This document shows, piece after piece, positions 23,682 to 37,284 of a DNA stretch of 64,000 bases. The notes beneath the pieces were generated by a model. It made no database searches. It was not told the origin of the DNA and saw only the letters and a program-made list of their open reading frames with translations. The stretch's first letter is position 1; the number at the start of each line of letters is the position of its first letter. The stretch is from Podospora anserina (Eukaryota): positions 3,224,001 through 3,288,000 of the forward strand of contig CM030337.1 of NCBI GenBank assembly GCA_017654855.1. The letters are read 5' to 3'. Made by a program: the position numbers and the translations under genes.

Positions 23682-25953
23682 ATGAAAGCCGTCATCCTCT
23701 CCGCCCTCGCGGCAGCATCAGCCGCTGTTGAGCTCTCAACAAACCTCAACTACCACAGTCCCTCTACCCGTCACTCCAACCTCGGAATTGACCTTCCTAC
23801 CGTCCAGCGCCGCACCCTCAAACGTGACTCCGTCCCTTACTCTCCCGAAGACCTCAACTTCACGCACGGCATAGCCTCTGGCGACCCCTACCCAACGAGC
23901 GTCATCCTCTGGACTCGCGTCGCTCCCTCACTAGCGTCCGACCTCGGAAACATTACAGTTAAAGGCAACGTCCCTCTCTATTCTCACGAGACAGAGCGAT
24001 ATATTAAAGCCGATCCCAATCCCATCTGCGTTGATTGGGCTGTTTGGCCTGCCACATCGTCCAACACCACCAAGTGGAAGCGTCAAGTGAATGAGACAGT
24101 GGTTGCCAGTGGTAGGGCGTATACTACAAGCGATATCGACTACACGATCAAGGTCGAGGCTGAAGGGCTGAGTCCGTTTACTGAGTATAACTACCAGTTC
24201 ACTATCTGTGGGTCGGATAAGAAGAGCGGGATTGGGAAGACAAAGACGACGCCTGATAAGAATGATGATGTTAGCGAGGTTAAGTTGGCGGTGTTTAGTT
24301 GTAGCAACTTTCGTGAGTGATGATTCTTTGGCTTTGTTTATGTTGAGCTAGGAGTGAAAGAAGATGAAAAAGGGCTAATCACCATTGATAGCAAACGGAT
24401 ACTTCAACGCGTATGGGAATGCTGCGAGAAAGGGAGGATTGGACTACGTGGTTAGTATCGGGGTAGCATTCGAAGCGAAAAGAAACATAGGTACTGACGA
24501 GTGCCAGATCCATCTTGGAGATTACCTCTACGAAAGCGCTGGTGGGGGCGAGAGGGCGCATGATCCCCCGCGTGTAACTTTTACGTTGGGTGACTACCGG
24601 ACTCGCCATGGCCAGGTACGTATCACTGCTGCCTGTTACCGTCTTTGACATGACTGATGAAAGGACTTAGTACCGCACCGACCTAGACCTCCAGCTCTTG
24701 GCAGCGAGCCACCCCTGGATTCCTACCTGGGATGATCACGAGGTGGCAAACAACGGCTACAGAGATGGTTTCAGTGCGCTGAACAACACCGAGGCTTCGT
24801 TCCGTCAAGGTGGTCGGATGGTCAGTGTCGATCAGAGAAAGATGAATGCTGTCAGGGCCTACTTTGAGTGGATGCCCATCAGGTAGAAACACACCTTCAA
24901 TGTTCGTTGAGCGTGCGCTAATTAGGATAATAGACAAGTAGACCTGGACGACAACCTCCGCATCTGGCGGTCTTTTGAACTGGGTAGCCTGGCAGATCTT
25001 ATCATTCTCGACACGAGAAACTACGACCGCAGTATCACTTCCCTGGGCTGGAACGATGCTTACATTGAGCTCATCCGCGATGAGGCCTCCCGCTCTCTCA
25101 TGGGTGGCAGACAAGAGAACTGGTTCTATCGTACGTTGAAAGAGTCCAAGAACAGAGGTGCCAAGTGGAGGATCATAGGCAGCCAAGTTATCTTCTCGGG
25201 TGCAGATGGAGCCGGGACTGACACTTGGGGGGTGAGTATCTCCTTCTGGAAAACAATCACACTGTTGTGTTACTGACAGTGGCGGTGACAGGGATATACC
25301 GCCAACCGCAACCGTACTCTGCAGGCTCTGATCGACAATAGCATTGACAACAATGTCTTCCTCGCCGGTGACAGCCACCGCAACTGGGTTAGTCCATTCC
25401 ATCCTACCGCGCCCTATGATCCAGTATTGATATTCGATCAGGTCGCCGATGTTACATGGCTGGGCCAGTCTGACTACAACCCTACCACTGGGTCTGGATC
25501 ACTGGGTGTAGAGTTTGCCGGTACAGCGGTCAGCTCAAGCGGCCGGGCTGGTCCAATCAGTGCTGCCAACACCTACGCTCGAAATAGAGTTAGAGACACA
25601 GACGTTCTCCAATGGCACGAGGGGTACTACAGGGGATATTTCGTCCTGTCTGTTCAAAAGGACAAGGTGACGGCTGGGTTCTTTGGTACGTGCAACGTCA
25701 ATACTCTTGGCAAATCCAACGGCTGACATGAGCAGGATCTCCCACTGTCGCAACGAGAAATCCTTGGGAACTACCCCTGGCGAATTTGACTGTTCTCGCG
25801 GGAGAGAACAAACTCTCTCGCCCCGTTGCTGGCGGAAAGGTAGAGGCTGGGTTTGCAAAGGGGGGAACCACCACTGGGACCAACCTGACTTTGAACACCG
25901 AGACGAAGAAGTGGGAAGTGATCGGCTTCGATGACATGTTTATTTCTCGTTGA
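23682..25953 (+). CDS. Secreted PhoD-family alkaline phosphatase, multi-exon
   Basis: Signal peptide; FTHGIASGDP..SVILWTR, DYTIKV, AVFSCSN, HLGDYLYE, WDDHEVANN, AYFEWMPIR, LDTRNYDRS, FLAGDSH and GVEFAGTAVSS. Confidence 0.93.
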
Positions 25954-26032
25954 TGATGACAAGTCAGATTCGGGAAGATACCTGATTTTGCCAACTGAAT
26001 ATCTTGTCATCTTCATGCCAACTATGGAAAGA

Positions 26033-26580
26033 CTATGAGGGAGTTTGTTCAAATGGGGAAAAGCAAATACCTAGTTCCATGACTTCTTGCCACTGTCCAA
26101 ACGTCAAGTGAATGCGAAGGTATGACAAGATATGTCATAAGGCACTTACAGATATGTCGGTGATGCTCATCTTACTAAGAGCTAGTCGAACACTCGGCTT
26201 TAGAGCCGTCGAAATAAGGTAAACACTCTTGATTGAGAAGCCTTCGTAACAAAAGGCCCTCGCATGAGAGAAACTCGGACTTAGAACGCCCCCTCGCATT
26301 AGACGCCTATGAGGGAGTTTGTTCAAATGGGGAAAAGCAAATACCTAGTTCCATGACTTCTTGCCACTGTCCAAACGTCAAGTGAATGCGAAGGTATGAC
26401 AAGATATGTCATAAGGCACTTACAGATATGTCGGTGATGCTCATCTTACTAAGAGCTAGTCGAACACTCGGCTTTAGAGCCGTCGAAATAAGGTAAACAC
26501 TATTGATTGAGAAGCCTTCGCAACAAAAGGCCCTCGCATGAGAGAAACTCGGACTTAGAACGCCCCCTCGCATTAGACGC
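26033..26580. repeat. Direct tandem duplication, 2 x 274 bp
   Basis: 26033-26306 is repeated at 26307-26580; two substitutions seen (ACTCTTG/ACTATTG, TTCGTAAC/TTCGCAAC). Confidence 0.95.
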
Positions 26581-27030
26581 CTGGCCTGGCATTTTGTGAT
26601 TTCGGTCGCCGCGGGGTGCGAATCGAACATAGATACCAGGTAACATTGAAGCAGGGGCCGAACACAATCTCCTTGGGGAATACGGTAAGGATCTAGATCC
26701 ATGCGACCAGACATATCGGTTAAAACTTCATGAGCCCAAATGAGATGTCCGAAGAGCCCTCAGCACAGCAAAGCCACAACTCTCAAGGTTGCCGGCTCAA
26801 TCAATAGCCGATAGCACGCACCCAGGTATGTGAGAAAGGCGATTATTCGGCAGGCAAGGGAGAGAGGTTGGGTTGGGTTCGTCGAAGGAGGTTGCCTAAG
26901 GCACAGTCTTGACGTATTATAAAAGGGGACTGCCAACCCCATCAGATCTCGTCAATTCAGTTCATCACCGCAGCCTTGACTTCTGTCTTCACAACCGCAT
27001 CGCCCACAGTCTTCAAAAGCCCAGGACAAG

Positions 27031-27538
27031 ATGTTCAACCTCAAGAGTATCATCACTCTGCTCGCCCTCGGAGTCTTCTCCGCCAGCGCAGCTCCCGCTC
27101 CTGGTGCCTCGCCGATGGCCGAGGCTGAGCAGCCCGCTCTTGTCGACCGCCAGATCAGCGTCAGGGTGTTCGCCTGCGAGCACATCCGCAGCCAAGGTGC
27201 CTGCACCACGTTTAACGCTCCTCTCGGTCAATGCTGTGAGTTTGACACCAACTTCTGACTGTGCTGGGCAATGCTGACGTGTTGATTCTCTCACTTAGAT
27301 AACGTCCCCGCAGCCTGGAACGACAGGATCAGCACCATCATCAACCAGGACAGACAGTTCCGCTGCGTGTGGTTCGAGTAAGTAACTCCCGTCTTGCGAT
27401 CCCTGCCTACAGCTCTAACAAAAGACATTCAGACATGGCAGCTGCAGTGGCCGTTCATACGCCAACCAGGTGGACGACCATCTCGGTGACGGCGACGGGT
27501 ACTTCAATGATCGCATTAGCTCCATCAGGTGCGGCTAA
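27031..27538 (+). CDS. Small secreted cysteine-rich protein, beta/gamma-crystallin-like fold
   Basis: Exons 27031-27235, 27299-27377, 27433-27538 give signal peptide + propeptide + ...QCYNVPAAWNDRISTI...RCVWFEHGSCSG...DGYFNDRISSIRCG. Two NDRIS(S/T) Greek-key motifs, 6 Cys, TATA box near 26917. Confidence 0.85.
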
Positions 27539-28914
27539 ATTCAACGTGGCGTGGTTACGGTCTATCCGAGACCAGGACTGGCCAGGATCTTAACATCGCT
27601 GCTCTTACGGCGAAAGAATAGATCTACCAGCAGGAAACGAGGATGACCAAACTACTGGGCGTGAAGATGTGAAGACAAAGGGGTGGCATGGTGGACAACA
27701 ACAGTCGTTCTCTTCTCTTTCTTTAACCGACTCAAGGGGGGTGATGGGAAGGGCATGAAGCCGGCCATGTCCACTATTCCCGTTTCCTTGCCTGACAGCC
27801 GGTCGACCTTTTCCTTGACTTTCTATGGTCATGTTGGAAAGCTTTTGTACCTACCAGAAACACTTTTCAGGTTCAAATAACATGATGAACTGAACCTTCT
27901 TCGCTCCTGCAAATTTTCTTGAGTATCCAGTGTCTACTACCACCCTCAGGAAGCTGACTGTCTCGTTACCTCCTATTCCAGCAACGCGAAGTAAGGTAAG
28001 CAGGATGCAGCAATGACCTGCCCAGATATGGGAATCCGCCGACAGTTTCTTGGCCAACTCCCTGTAGTGCTTCCCACCCTTCCTTAGACCTCACGCGCAT
28101 CGACTTAGCGTGGCTCGGAAACGACGCAGTCGGCAGGTATAACAGGTAGGTTGAAAACACACGCTCACTATATTCTTTGGACATGGCCGCTACATGCAAA
28201 CCTTCAATTCTTGTCAACATACATCGAAAAGACGTCACCATAAGGTACATCACATGTCCCTTTTAGTCCAAGAACTTTCACCCCTTACTCGTGCGAATGA
28301 CCCGGCAAAGCCTTCATCCCTGTTATTTGCTTCAACATTAGCAATCATCCCTCGTGTTGGTAGTATGGTACGATTTCGCCCCGTAATATCTCGGCTTTTG
28401 ACCAAGTCAGCACAACGAGTTCTAGTTGGCAGTGTCAAATTCCGGGAAGGCTCTTACCTCCACTTAACTCCGTCTAAGTAGTGTACATTCTTCCAGTGTC
28501 ATGGGAGAAAGTCGAGGCACACTCGCATGTACGCCTGGCATCAGAATATGTCCGTTATATGAGAAAGGTAGTAAGAATGTAGAAAATGACGTTGGGAATG
28601 CCTGAGCAAGGACATTCCAGAACAGGGACTGTCAACGAAACCCCCAATTGAGATTGATATTTGAAAGCTTTGACAGACAAGGCTGGTCCTCAAAATGAGT
28701 ATGGATCGGAGCTTATATTTTAGTGGCCAAGCTCCTAGAGTACTATAGCAGATGAGCTCTCAATATCACTAAGCTCCTCGGAGCTACACTTCCGCTTCCG
28801 TAGCCGCCCCAAACGCTCCCCCTCATATTGCTTAGTATAGCCGAACTCGTTATTATAGTAACTATAGTTCTCCAAGGTATCTCTTCCAAAGTAACTACTA
28901 TTACGTGGACTAAG

Positions 28915-29220
28915 TGTGACGAACCCCTGTACAGAACCTCTGAAAGGGATACGGGTTGAAGGTAGCTTCTGACAATTGGTTCGGTGCAGCTAAATAGTGC
29001 ACAATAAGATATCTCAATATAAACACAAGATACCGTAAATACAACTGTGAATTGCATACTGCGGAACTATCTATAAGCTATTTAGTTCCTCCGTATATAT
29101 AGACCTAATACTAAGCCTGGATCATTTTGTTTCTCCCCGGATTATAACCGACTCTTAAGGATCATAAGTAATTCCTGGGACTCGCTTATAATTCCTTTAT
29201 ATCCCGGATAATCTACTGGT
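28915..29220 (-). mobile_element. Inverted, 5'-truncated LTR of the same family (LTR-2)
   Basis: Begins TGTGACGAACCCCTGTACAGAACC, the reverse complement of the LTR 3' end; TATA box near 29095. No terminal TGTGACA found, so the right boundary is approximate. Confidence 0.85.
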
Positions 29221-29624
29221 TTGGGGTGCGGCCACAGGCCTGAGAGTATGAGTAAGGAAGCGGGGCTCTCAGAGGACTCAGGGGTTCAGGGGTCATGTAT
29301 ATAAGCGGTCTGCTTCGGACATTCTATTTTAGACAGGACATCGACTTTTATTTTTCTTTGTATTTTGTGCCTTGCACGCGTGCAGGCAATTCTGGCCCTC
29401 TGATCAGGCCAATCCGGTGCTTATTATGTGGCCTGCGAGCCCATAGTGTCTTTTCTTTGTCCTACGTGAAGTGCGGCCTGCGAGCGAGTCACTGTCACGC
29501 AGGTGTGTTCATTCTGAGACCTGTTGAGGGTATATTTGTGGTGTTGTGGTTGTTTTGTGTGTTTTCTCACCATTTCACTACCTTTTATTAATCTATTTTC
29601 CTTTCTCTTAATTAACTACCGTAC

Positions 29625-32600
29625 TGTCACAGTTAACCCAACGGCAGGTCGCGCCACATGTGGGGCGCAGGTCGCCCCTAGCCAATCATTTAGGAAGTCA
29701 GGGAACAAGCCGATCAGGGCTAGGCAAAAGTGCTATAGCGCTAAGGCTTACGAGCAGTCTGCAGGATGTAAGATGCTAGGGATGATTAGAGGCATAGCAC
29801 GACGAGCATAATGCAGATGTAATGTGCTAGGAGTGATCAGAGGTATAGCACGACGAGCACAATGTAGAATGTAATGTGCTAGGAGTGATCGGGCCTATAG
29901 CAGGGCGAGCACCTTACGGCCCCAAGGTCTATATATACGGAGGAACTAATTAGTATAGATAGATAGTTCTGTAATATATAATTTAAATTTATATTTATAA
30001 TAATTAATATTTATATTAAAATATTTTATTATATATTATTTAATTATACCGAATTAATTATTAAAAGTTATTTTTAATTAATATTCTTTTTAGAGGTTTT
30101 ATATAGAGGTTCGTTATATATTATATACTTACTTTAACTTTATTACGGATAAATTAAAAGCGTTTTTTTATTATTATAGTTTAACCCGAAAACGTTTAAA
30201 TAGGAAGCGTCCTACCTAATTTAATTATTAAAAGACTTTTTACAGTAAATATTAAGTTTAAAGTTATTATAGTTTAATAATTTATTAATTATATTAAAAA
30301 GTTTAAGGCCGAAGTTTAATAAATTAAAAAATAGGTTTTTATTTTTTTAACGGTTAGGCCTACATATATAATTAAATTTCTAATATTAGAGTACTATAAA
30401 AGTAGAAAAGTAAAGTTTAAAGGTTTTTTAATTTAATTTAAAATTTACTTTTATTATTACCCGGAATAGTTCGATACGGAAGAATCGAAAATAATATATA
30501 TAACTATTTAACTTAAAAATAAAACTTTTATTTAATTCGAACTTATTTTTAATAATTATTATAAAGTAATAGCGGAAAACTAAAAAAAAATTATTATTTA
30601 ATATTTTCGGAATTACCGAACTTTCGAAGTAAAGTTTAAAGAAATATTTAAAGAATATAATAAAAATAAATATATATAAAAAAAATTCGCGAATCTATAA
30701 TAAATATATTTAATAACGAAATATATTATTTAATTTAAAATTAATAATTTATATAGCGAGATTAATAATAAAAGGTTAATATAAACTTTTTATAATAATT
30801 TTAAAAAAAAAATAAAAAATAAATTATATAGGGAAAAAAAGTTTAATATTATTAATAAATATATTATTATAATTATATAAATTAATAATAAATAATTTTA
30901 GTATTATATAAAAAAGAAAAATTATAATAATCGAGGTTATTACGGAAATTATTATTTTAACGATAAATATAAATAATAATACTTAATTATTAATTATTTT
31001 AGTATTATATATTTAAGATTTATAAATATTAATATTATATAATAATAAAGGTTATAAAATTAAGATTAAAATAAAAATAATTATAAATATTTTAATTATA
31101 GTAAAGTAAAATATTTTAAAAAAAATTACCGAGTATTTAAATAATTTAAAAAAAAAAAAAAATTACTATAATAATTATTATATTAAGGGGACTAAAAGTT
31201 ATAAAAGTTATAATTATTAGATATTAGTAAAGTAAAATAATAAATTTCGAAAAAAATTTTAATTAATATACCGAATAAAAGGAAATAAAGTTTTAAGGGC
31301 TACGGAAAATAATAAAAAAGTTAAAAGCGGAATATAAAAAAATAAATTTTTAAATATTAATATTTTAAGATTAATTAATATAAATTACTATAAAAATTAT
31401 TACGGAAATCGCTAAAAATAATAACGTTATATAATAAAAAAGACCTATTAAATAAATAATATTAAAAAAGTAATATAGTAAATATAGAATCGTTATTTTA
31501 TAAAAAATATTATTATTTATAAAGTTTATATATAAAAGCCGGGAAAAATATTAAAAAAGTAAGAAAATTATTAATATTAAAATCGCAAAGTTATTAAGAA
31601 ATATATTTATACTTATATAGTATATACTTTATAAAAAAAATATAATATAACTTTATTTTAAATATCCGGAATATCGGAAAGTACTTTAATTTTAATATAT
31701 TATATATAAATATATAAAATATTATTAAAGTAAATCGTTATATAATTATTAACCGTTCGTATTAAAGTATATAAAATATTACGTTAAATATATAAACGGT
31801 TAAAATATAAATAATAATATATATTTTTTAAAAAAAATAGTATTAAATTAGTATTTAAACCTAAATTACGTATTATATTTATAAAAAAAAAAAATAATAT
31901 TATTAAATAAAAGTATTTAAATAAATAATTAAATAAAAGAACCGTTATTAAATATATATACGGGAAAATATTAAATATATAAGAAACGGAAAATAAGAGG
32001 AAGTTAAGTAAATATAATTAAAAAATTTTATATTATTAAATAATTTAAAGTAAAAAAATATTTTTAAACGATATAATTATTTAAAAAATAATTCGCGGCT
32101 CTTCGCGGGGGCCGGTAACCTTTAATAGATTATAAATAGTATTTTCGGAAGTATCGGTGTAAAATAAAAGTATAAAATAACGATCCGGTATTTATTAGCG
32201 AAGTTATTACTATATAAAAAAAAAATAAAAAAAATAAATACTTTTAAATTTTAATATATTAAAAAAATATTTAAGTAATAATATTAATAAATAAAGATAT
32301 AAAAATAAACTTAATTTTATTATAGTTTATATATTAAATTAAAATATTATAAAAAAAAAAAAATAAATTATTATATAAAAATTATTTTTAATATAAAAAA
32401 TTTATAAAAAAATATTATTTTTAAATATTATAATTAAAGAAAAATAATTTTAATTATATTTAATATTATAAATATAGGACTTTCGAAAAATATAATTCTA
32501 AAGTAATTATAATATAAAAATTATAATTTAAATATCGATTAAAAAAATAATAATTATTTATAATTAAAAGAATTTTAAAAATATTTAATTAACGATAGGA

Positions 32601-35600
32601 AATTAAGCGTACGTATAGAGTAAAGTATAAAATAAATACCTTCTACGGTATTACCGTAAAAAGTTTAAAAAATAATAATATACTTTATTAATATAAGTAA
32701 TAAAATTAAAAAAATAAAATTAATAACGTTAATAAAAATATCGGAGGTTAATAAATATATTTATTATAATTATATAGAAAAAAATAAGAAAAAGGCGGTA
32801 CCGGTGGAATATTAAGGATATTTAGCCTTTATAGTTAAGTATTTAAAGAGATTTTTAAAGTAAAGATTATAGGACTATAAAATTAAATTAAAAAAAAGAG
32901 CTAAGCTATAGTTATTTAAAGTTTATTATATTAATAATAAATAAAATAAAGAATTACGGAAATACTTAAATAAAAATTTAAAAAAAAATATATTAAGGAG
33001 TTTATATCGCTAATAGGATATCCCGTATTCTTCGTATTAAAAAAGAATAGCGGTTTATAATTATATATAGATTACTGTTAATTAAATAATAAAATAATAA
33101 AAAATAATTACCCGTTACTATTAATATTTAAATTACGGAATTAATTAATAAAGGTATAATACTTTATACGTTTAAATATATTTATCGGGTACGTTTATAT
33201 ATAGATTAAAGAAAAAAATAAATAAAAAATAATATTTTATATACCTTATAATTATTTTAAATATTTCGTAATACTATTTAAATTAATTAATATATTTATA
33301 ATATTTTCATTTTTTATTAATTATATAATCCGGAAATATTTTAATAAAATAATAATATATTATTTTAATAATATTTTTATTTATTTATATACTTTAGAGG
33401 AGTATAAGCGATATATATAAAAAATATTCGACGCGCTATACGGAGCCGGACTTTTAATTAATAAAGAGAAAAATAAGTTTTATATATAAAAAATAATATA
33501 TTTAAAATATTTAATATTATTAAATAAGGTTCGTATAAAATTTAAGAAAATTATAATAATTAAAAACTAATTTATATTATAATTATAAATATATATTAAA
33601 GAATTTTTAAGGTTTACGAATTTTTATTAAATATTTATTTATAAATATATAAATATTATATAATTATTTAATTATTTAATTAAAAAAAATATAAAATTCC
33701 GGTAAGGGTAAAAAAAAGAATAAGCCTTTTAGGAACTAAAAAAAATTATTTTAAAGGATTTAGTATTTAAATTACTAAACCCTAATTAATTATTTAAAGT
33801 CGAGGCGGATATATTAAATTATACGATCGATAAATAATTAGGGTAACGAAACGATAATAATAAATTATATTTAATAACTTTCTTTTTAAAGAAGTTTAAA
33901 GGGATACGTTAAAATTATTTAATTTATAATAAAAAGCTATTTATTATTATCGAAGTATTTAAAGAATAAAAGCTATACTTTAATAATATTAAATACGAAA
34001 TATAGGTTTATATAAATTATAAGAATCTATAGTATTTTATTATTATAAAGGTTTTTAACGTACGGTAAATATAATAATTAAAGTTTTTTTCGGAATTTAA
34101 TTTTTAAATTAATTATAAAAAAAATTTAAAAAACGTTAGGATAAACGTATTTAACCGGCGGGCTAATTAATATAAAAATATACTTAAGAAATTATTATTA
34201 TTATTTAAAAAAACGTTAAATAATATTTTTAAATATTTATTATAATTATAAATAAAATATTATATAATATATTATAAAAAAATTATTTTTAATAAATATT
34301 AAAGGAAATTAAATAATAATATTATAAAATAATATTAATAGGAAAAGTTAGAACTATAAAGTATTTAAAAGAATAATTAAAGAAAATTATAGTATAAAAA
34401 TCGAGCGTACGTAATATTAAGTAATAAAATAATATTAATAATAAAGATTTACGGATTAAAGTTCGGAAGATATATAAATATTATAAAAATTATAAAAAAA
34501 ATTAAATAATATTTTAATTAATTAAAAATTAAAAATAATGTTAAAGAAATTATTTAATTATACTATACGTATGAGAAAACGAAGGTTACGAAATATAAAC
34601 TTTATAGATTTTTAAAATTATTATTAATAGTAAAACGATTATAGAGTTTAATTATAATAAATTTTATTATTAAATTACTAAAATTTAAAAATATAGTAAC
34701 CGATATTAAATATAATAATATATTAACGGTAGTCGATAAACTTATTAAATAAATATATTTTTTATTTTATAAAGAAATTTAATTAATAAAATAATTAACG
34801 GATATAGTATTATAATATATTATATTAATATATATATAATTAAAAAAATTTATTATAAATTATAATATTAAATTTATATTAAAGTTTTAAAAAGTATTAA
34901 TAATAAAATTAAGGATAATAAATAAAGTATTTTTAGTTTATTACTTTTAAATAAATAATTAAATAAAATAGTTTAATTAAATTATAAAATAATATTTATA
35001 AAATTATATTAATTTCGAGTAAAATAATTAAATTAAATTATTATTTATAATATAATTAATATATAATATATTATTAATTAAAATAATTAAAGTTATATTA
35101 TTTTTTATAAACTTTAAATATAAAATAAACTTATAGTAAAGACTTAACATTAAAATATTTAAAATTAAAATTAAAATAAATAAATTATATATATTTTATA
35201 ATAAATTTAAATAAAAATTAAAGTTTATAAAGGAAAAAATATAAAAATATTATAATATTAAAAAGCTCGAAAAACTTTATTTTAAAGGAGGGAATATAAT
35301 ATTCCTTTTTATACGTAATTTACGTATTAAAAAACTTAATAAAAAGCTAGACTATAGGAAAGTAAATCTATTTAAAATTAAAAGAAAAATCTTAAAAACG
35401 ATATTCGAATTAAAATTACTTAATATAATATATTTATAATTATATATTTTTTATATTTTACTTTTAAAATCTATATTATTAATAAATAAAGTTAATATAT
35501 ATGTAATAACGGAAAATAAAAAAAAAATATAATATAAAAAAAATATTAAATTTATAATTTAATAAAAATTAATTAAAATATTTAATTAATTAATTAAAAT

Positions 35601-37093
35601 ATCCGGCTATAAAGAATTTATAGGAATTATAAATATATTTTAATTATTTAAATAAATAAAAAAAATTTTATTAATAATATTTAAACCGATTAAAACCTAA
35701 ATAAAAAAAATAAGTTTTTAAATTACTATTAAATAATAATAATATAGAGATTAAAGAATTTTAATAGGAATCGAATTTATATTTTTAATGTAATAATTAA
35801 TATATTATATACTATATTATAAAATTAAAAAGTATAAAAGGGATTAAATATAAATAATATTATATATTTTAATTACTTTAAAAAATAAAAAGCGTATTAG
35901 CGGCGGTATTTTAAAAGATTAGGAAGGAAGGATCGGCTATGCCCGGGTCTAAAGAAAAGTTAAGCGGTTAGTTAAAGCTTAAAGAAGGATTTAAAAAGGA
36001 AAGATCGGAAGGAATAGCGGAAGCGTCCGCCGCCGGCGAACTATATAGGGTAGTAAACCGCGCGGAAAACTCTTTTTTTTCCTCCTTAAAGAGCCGAGAT
36101 TCGCGACGGAAAGTAGTAAAGGCTTGAGCCTTAAAAATACGCAATTATATTTCGAAACGAAAAAGTTTATTTAAAGTAACCTACTTTTCGGTATTTAAAC
36201 GTTCTTTCTCTTTAATTAAAGGACGGACTATAAAGATAATTAAAAAAGGAAAGGGAAAGTTAAAAAAAAAACTTATAATTTACGCTATAAATATTATAAT
36301 AGAAACGATTTAAATTAATATACGGAAAGTACCGGTCGTATCGAAAAGAAACTATATATTAAAAATTATTTTTTTTATAATAAATATATTTAAATATAAT
36401 AAAATTAAATTTTTTAAAAAAATATATTTAATTATAATAATAATTAATATTTATATAAATTAATTTCTTTATATAATTAAATATAATAATTAAAATAAAA
36501 AAGGAAAGGAATTTATAATAGAAATACGGAAGAAAAGGGGATCGATAATTATTTTAAAAATATAATTACCGGGGCGTTAACCTAAAAAGAGGAGTATTAT
36601 ATTATAATTAATTTAACGGTAAGTCGCGTTATATATAAAGCGTAAGTCGCCCTTAATTAATTATTTAAAAAGTTAAGGAATAAACCGATTAGGGTTAAAT
36701 AAAAGTATTATAGCGTTAAAGCTTACAAGTAGTTTATAGAATATAAAATACTAAAGATAATTAAAGGTATAGTACGACGAGTATAATATAAATATAATAT
36801 ATTAAAAGTAATTAAAGGTATAGTATAACGAGTATAATATAGGATATAATATATTAGGAGTAATCGGGCCTATAGTAAGGCGAGTACTTTACGGCCCTAA
36901 GGTCTATATATACGGAGGAACTAACTAATATAGATAGATAGTTCCGTAGTATATAATTTAAATTTATATTTACGGTAGTTAGTATTTACATTAAGATATT
37001 TTGTTATACACTATTTAACTACACCGAATTAATTATTAGAAGTTACCTTTAACCAGTATCCCTTTCAGAGGTTCTGTACAGGGGTTCGTTACA
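29625..37093 (+). mobile_element. Full-length Ty3/gypsy (chromovirus-type) LTR retrotransposon, extremely RIP-mutated
   Basis: 494-bp LTRs at 29625-30118 and 36600-37093; 5-bp TSD CGTAC at 29620-29624 and 37094-37098; purine tract before the 3' LTR. RIP-degraded RT (YIDYC.LN from CIDYR.LN; YFNNIFIY from YLDDILIY near 33361), RNase H and integrase (INFIIKL from MDFITKLP near 34655) motifs in gypsy order. Confidence 0.93.
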
Positions 37094-37284
37094 CGTACCT
37101 CCTCTTTCCTATTAATTATTTTTTACGGGTATTTATATTATATTTATAATATAATACCCCCCTTCCTAGGTTAATATCCTAATAACCCTATTTAAAACCT
37201 TTATTAATAATTAATTTTATTTATTATAAATTTTATTTTTATTTTTCTTTACCATTATAATATTTAATCGCGTAAATCTAAACG

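Noticed and set aside
26135-26714. Duplicated minus-strand ORFs in the 274-bp tandem repeat
   Set aside because: By-product of the duplication; no coding signature.
29950-37280. AT-rich tract as mitochondrial insertion, centromere or foreign DNA
   Set aside because: Paired LTRs, a TSD and degraded RT/integrase motifs show it is a RIPed retrotransposon.
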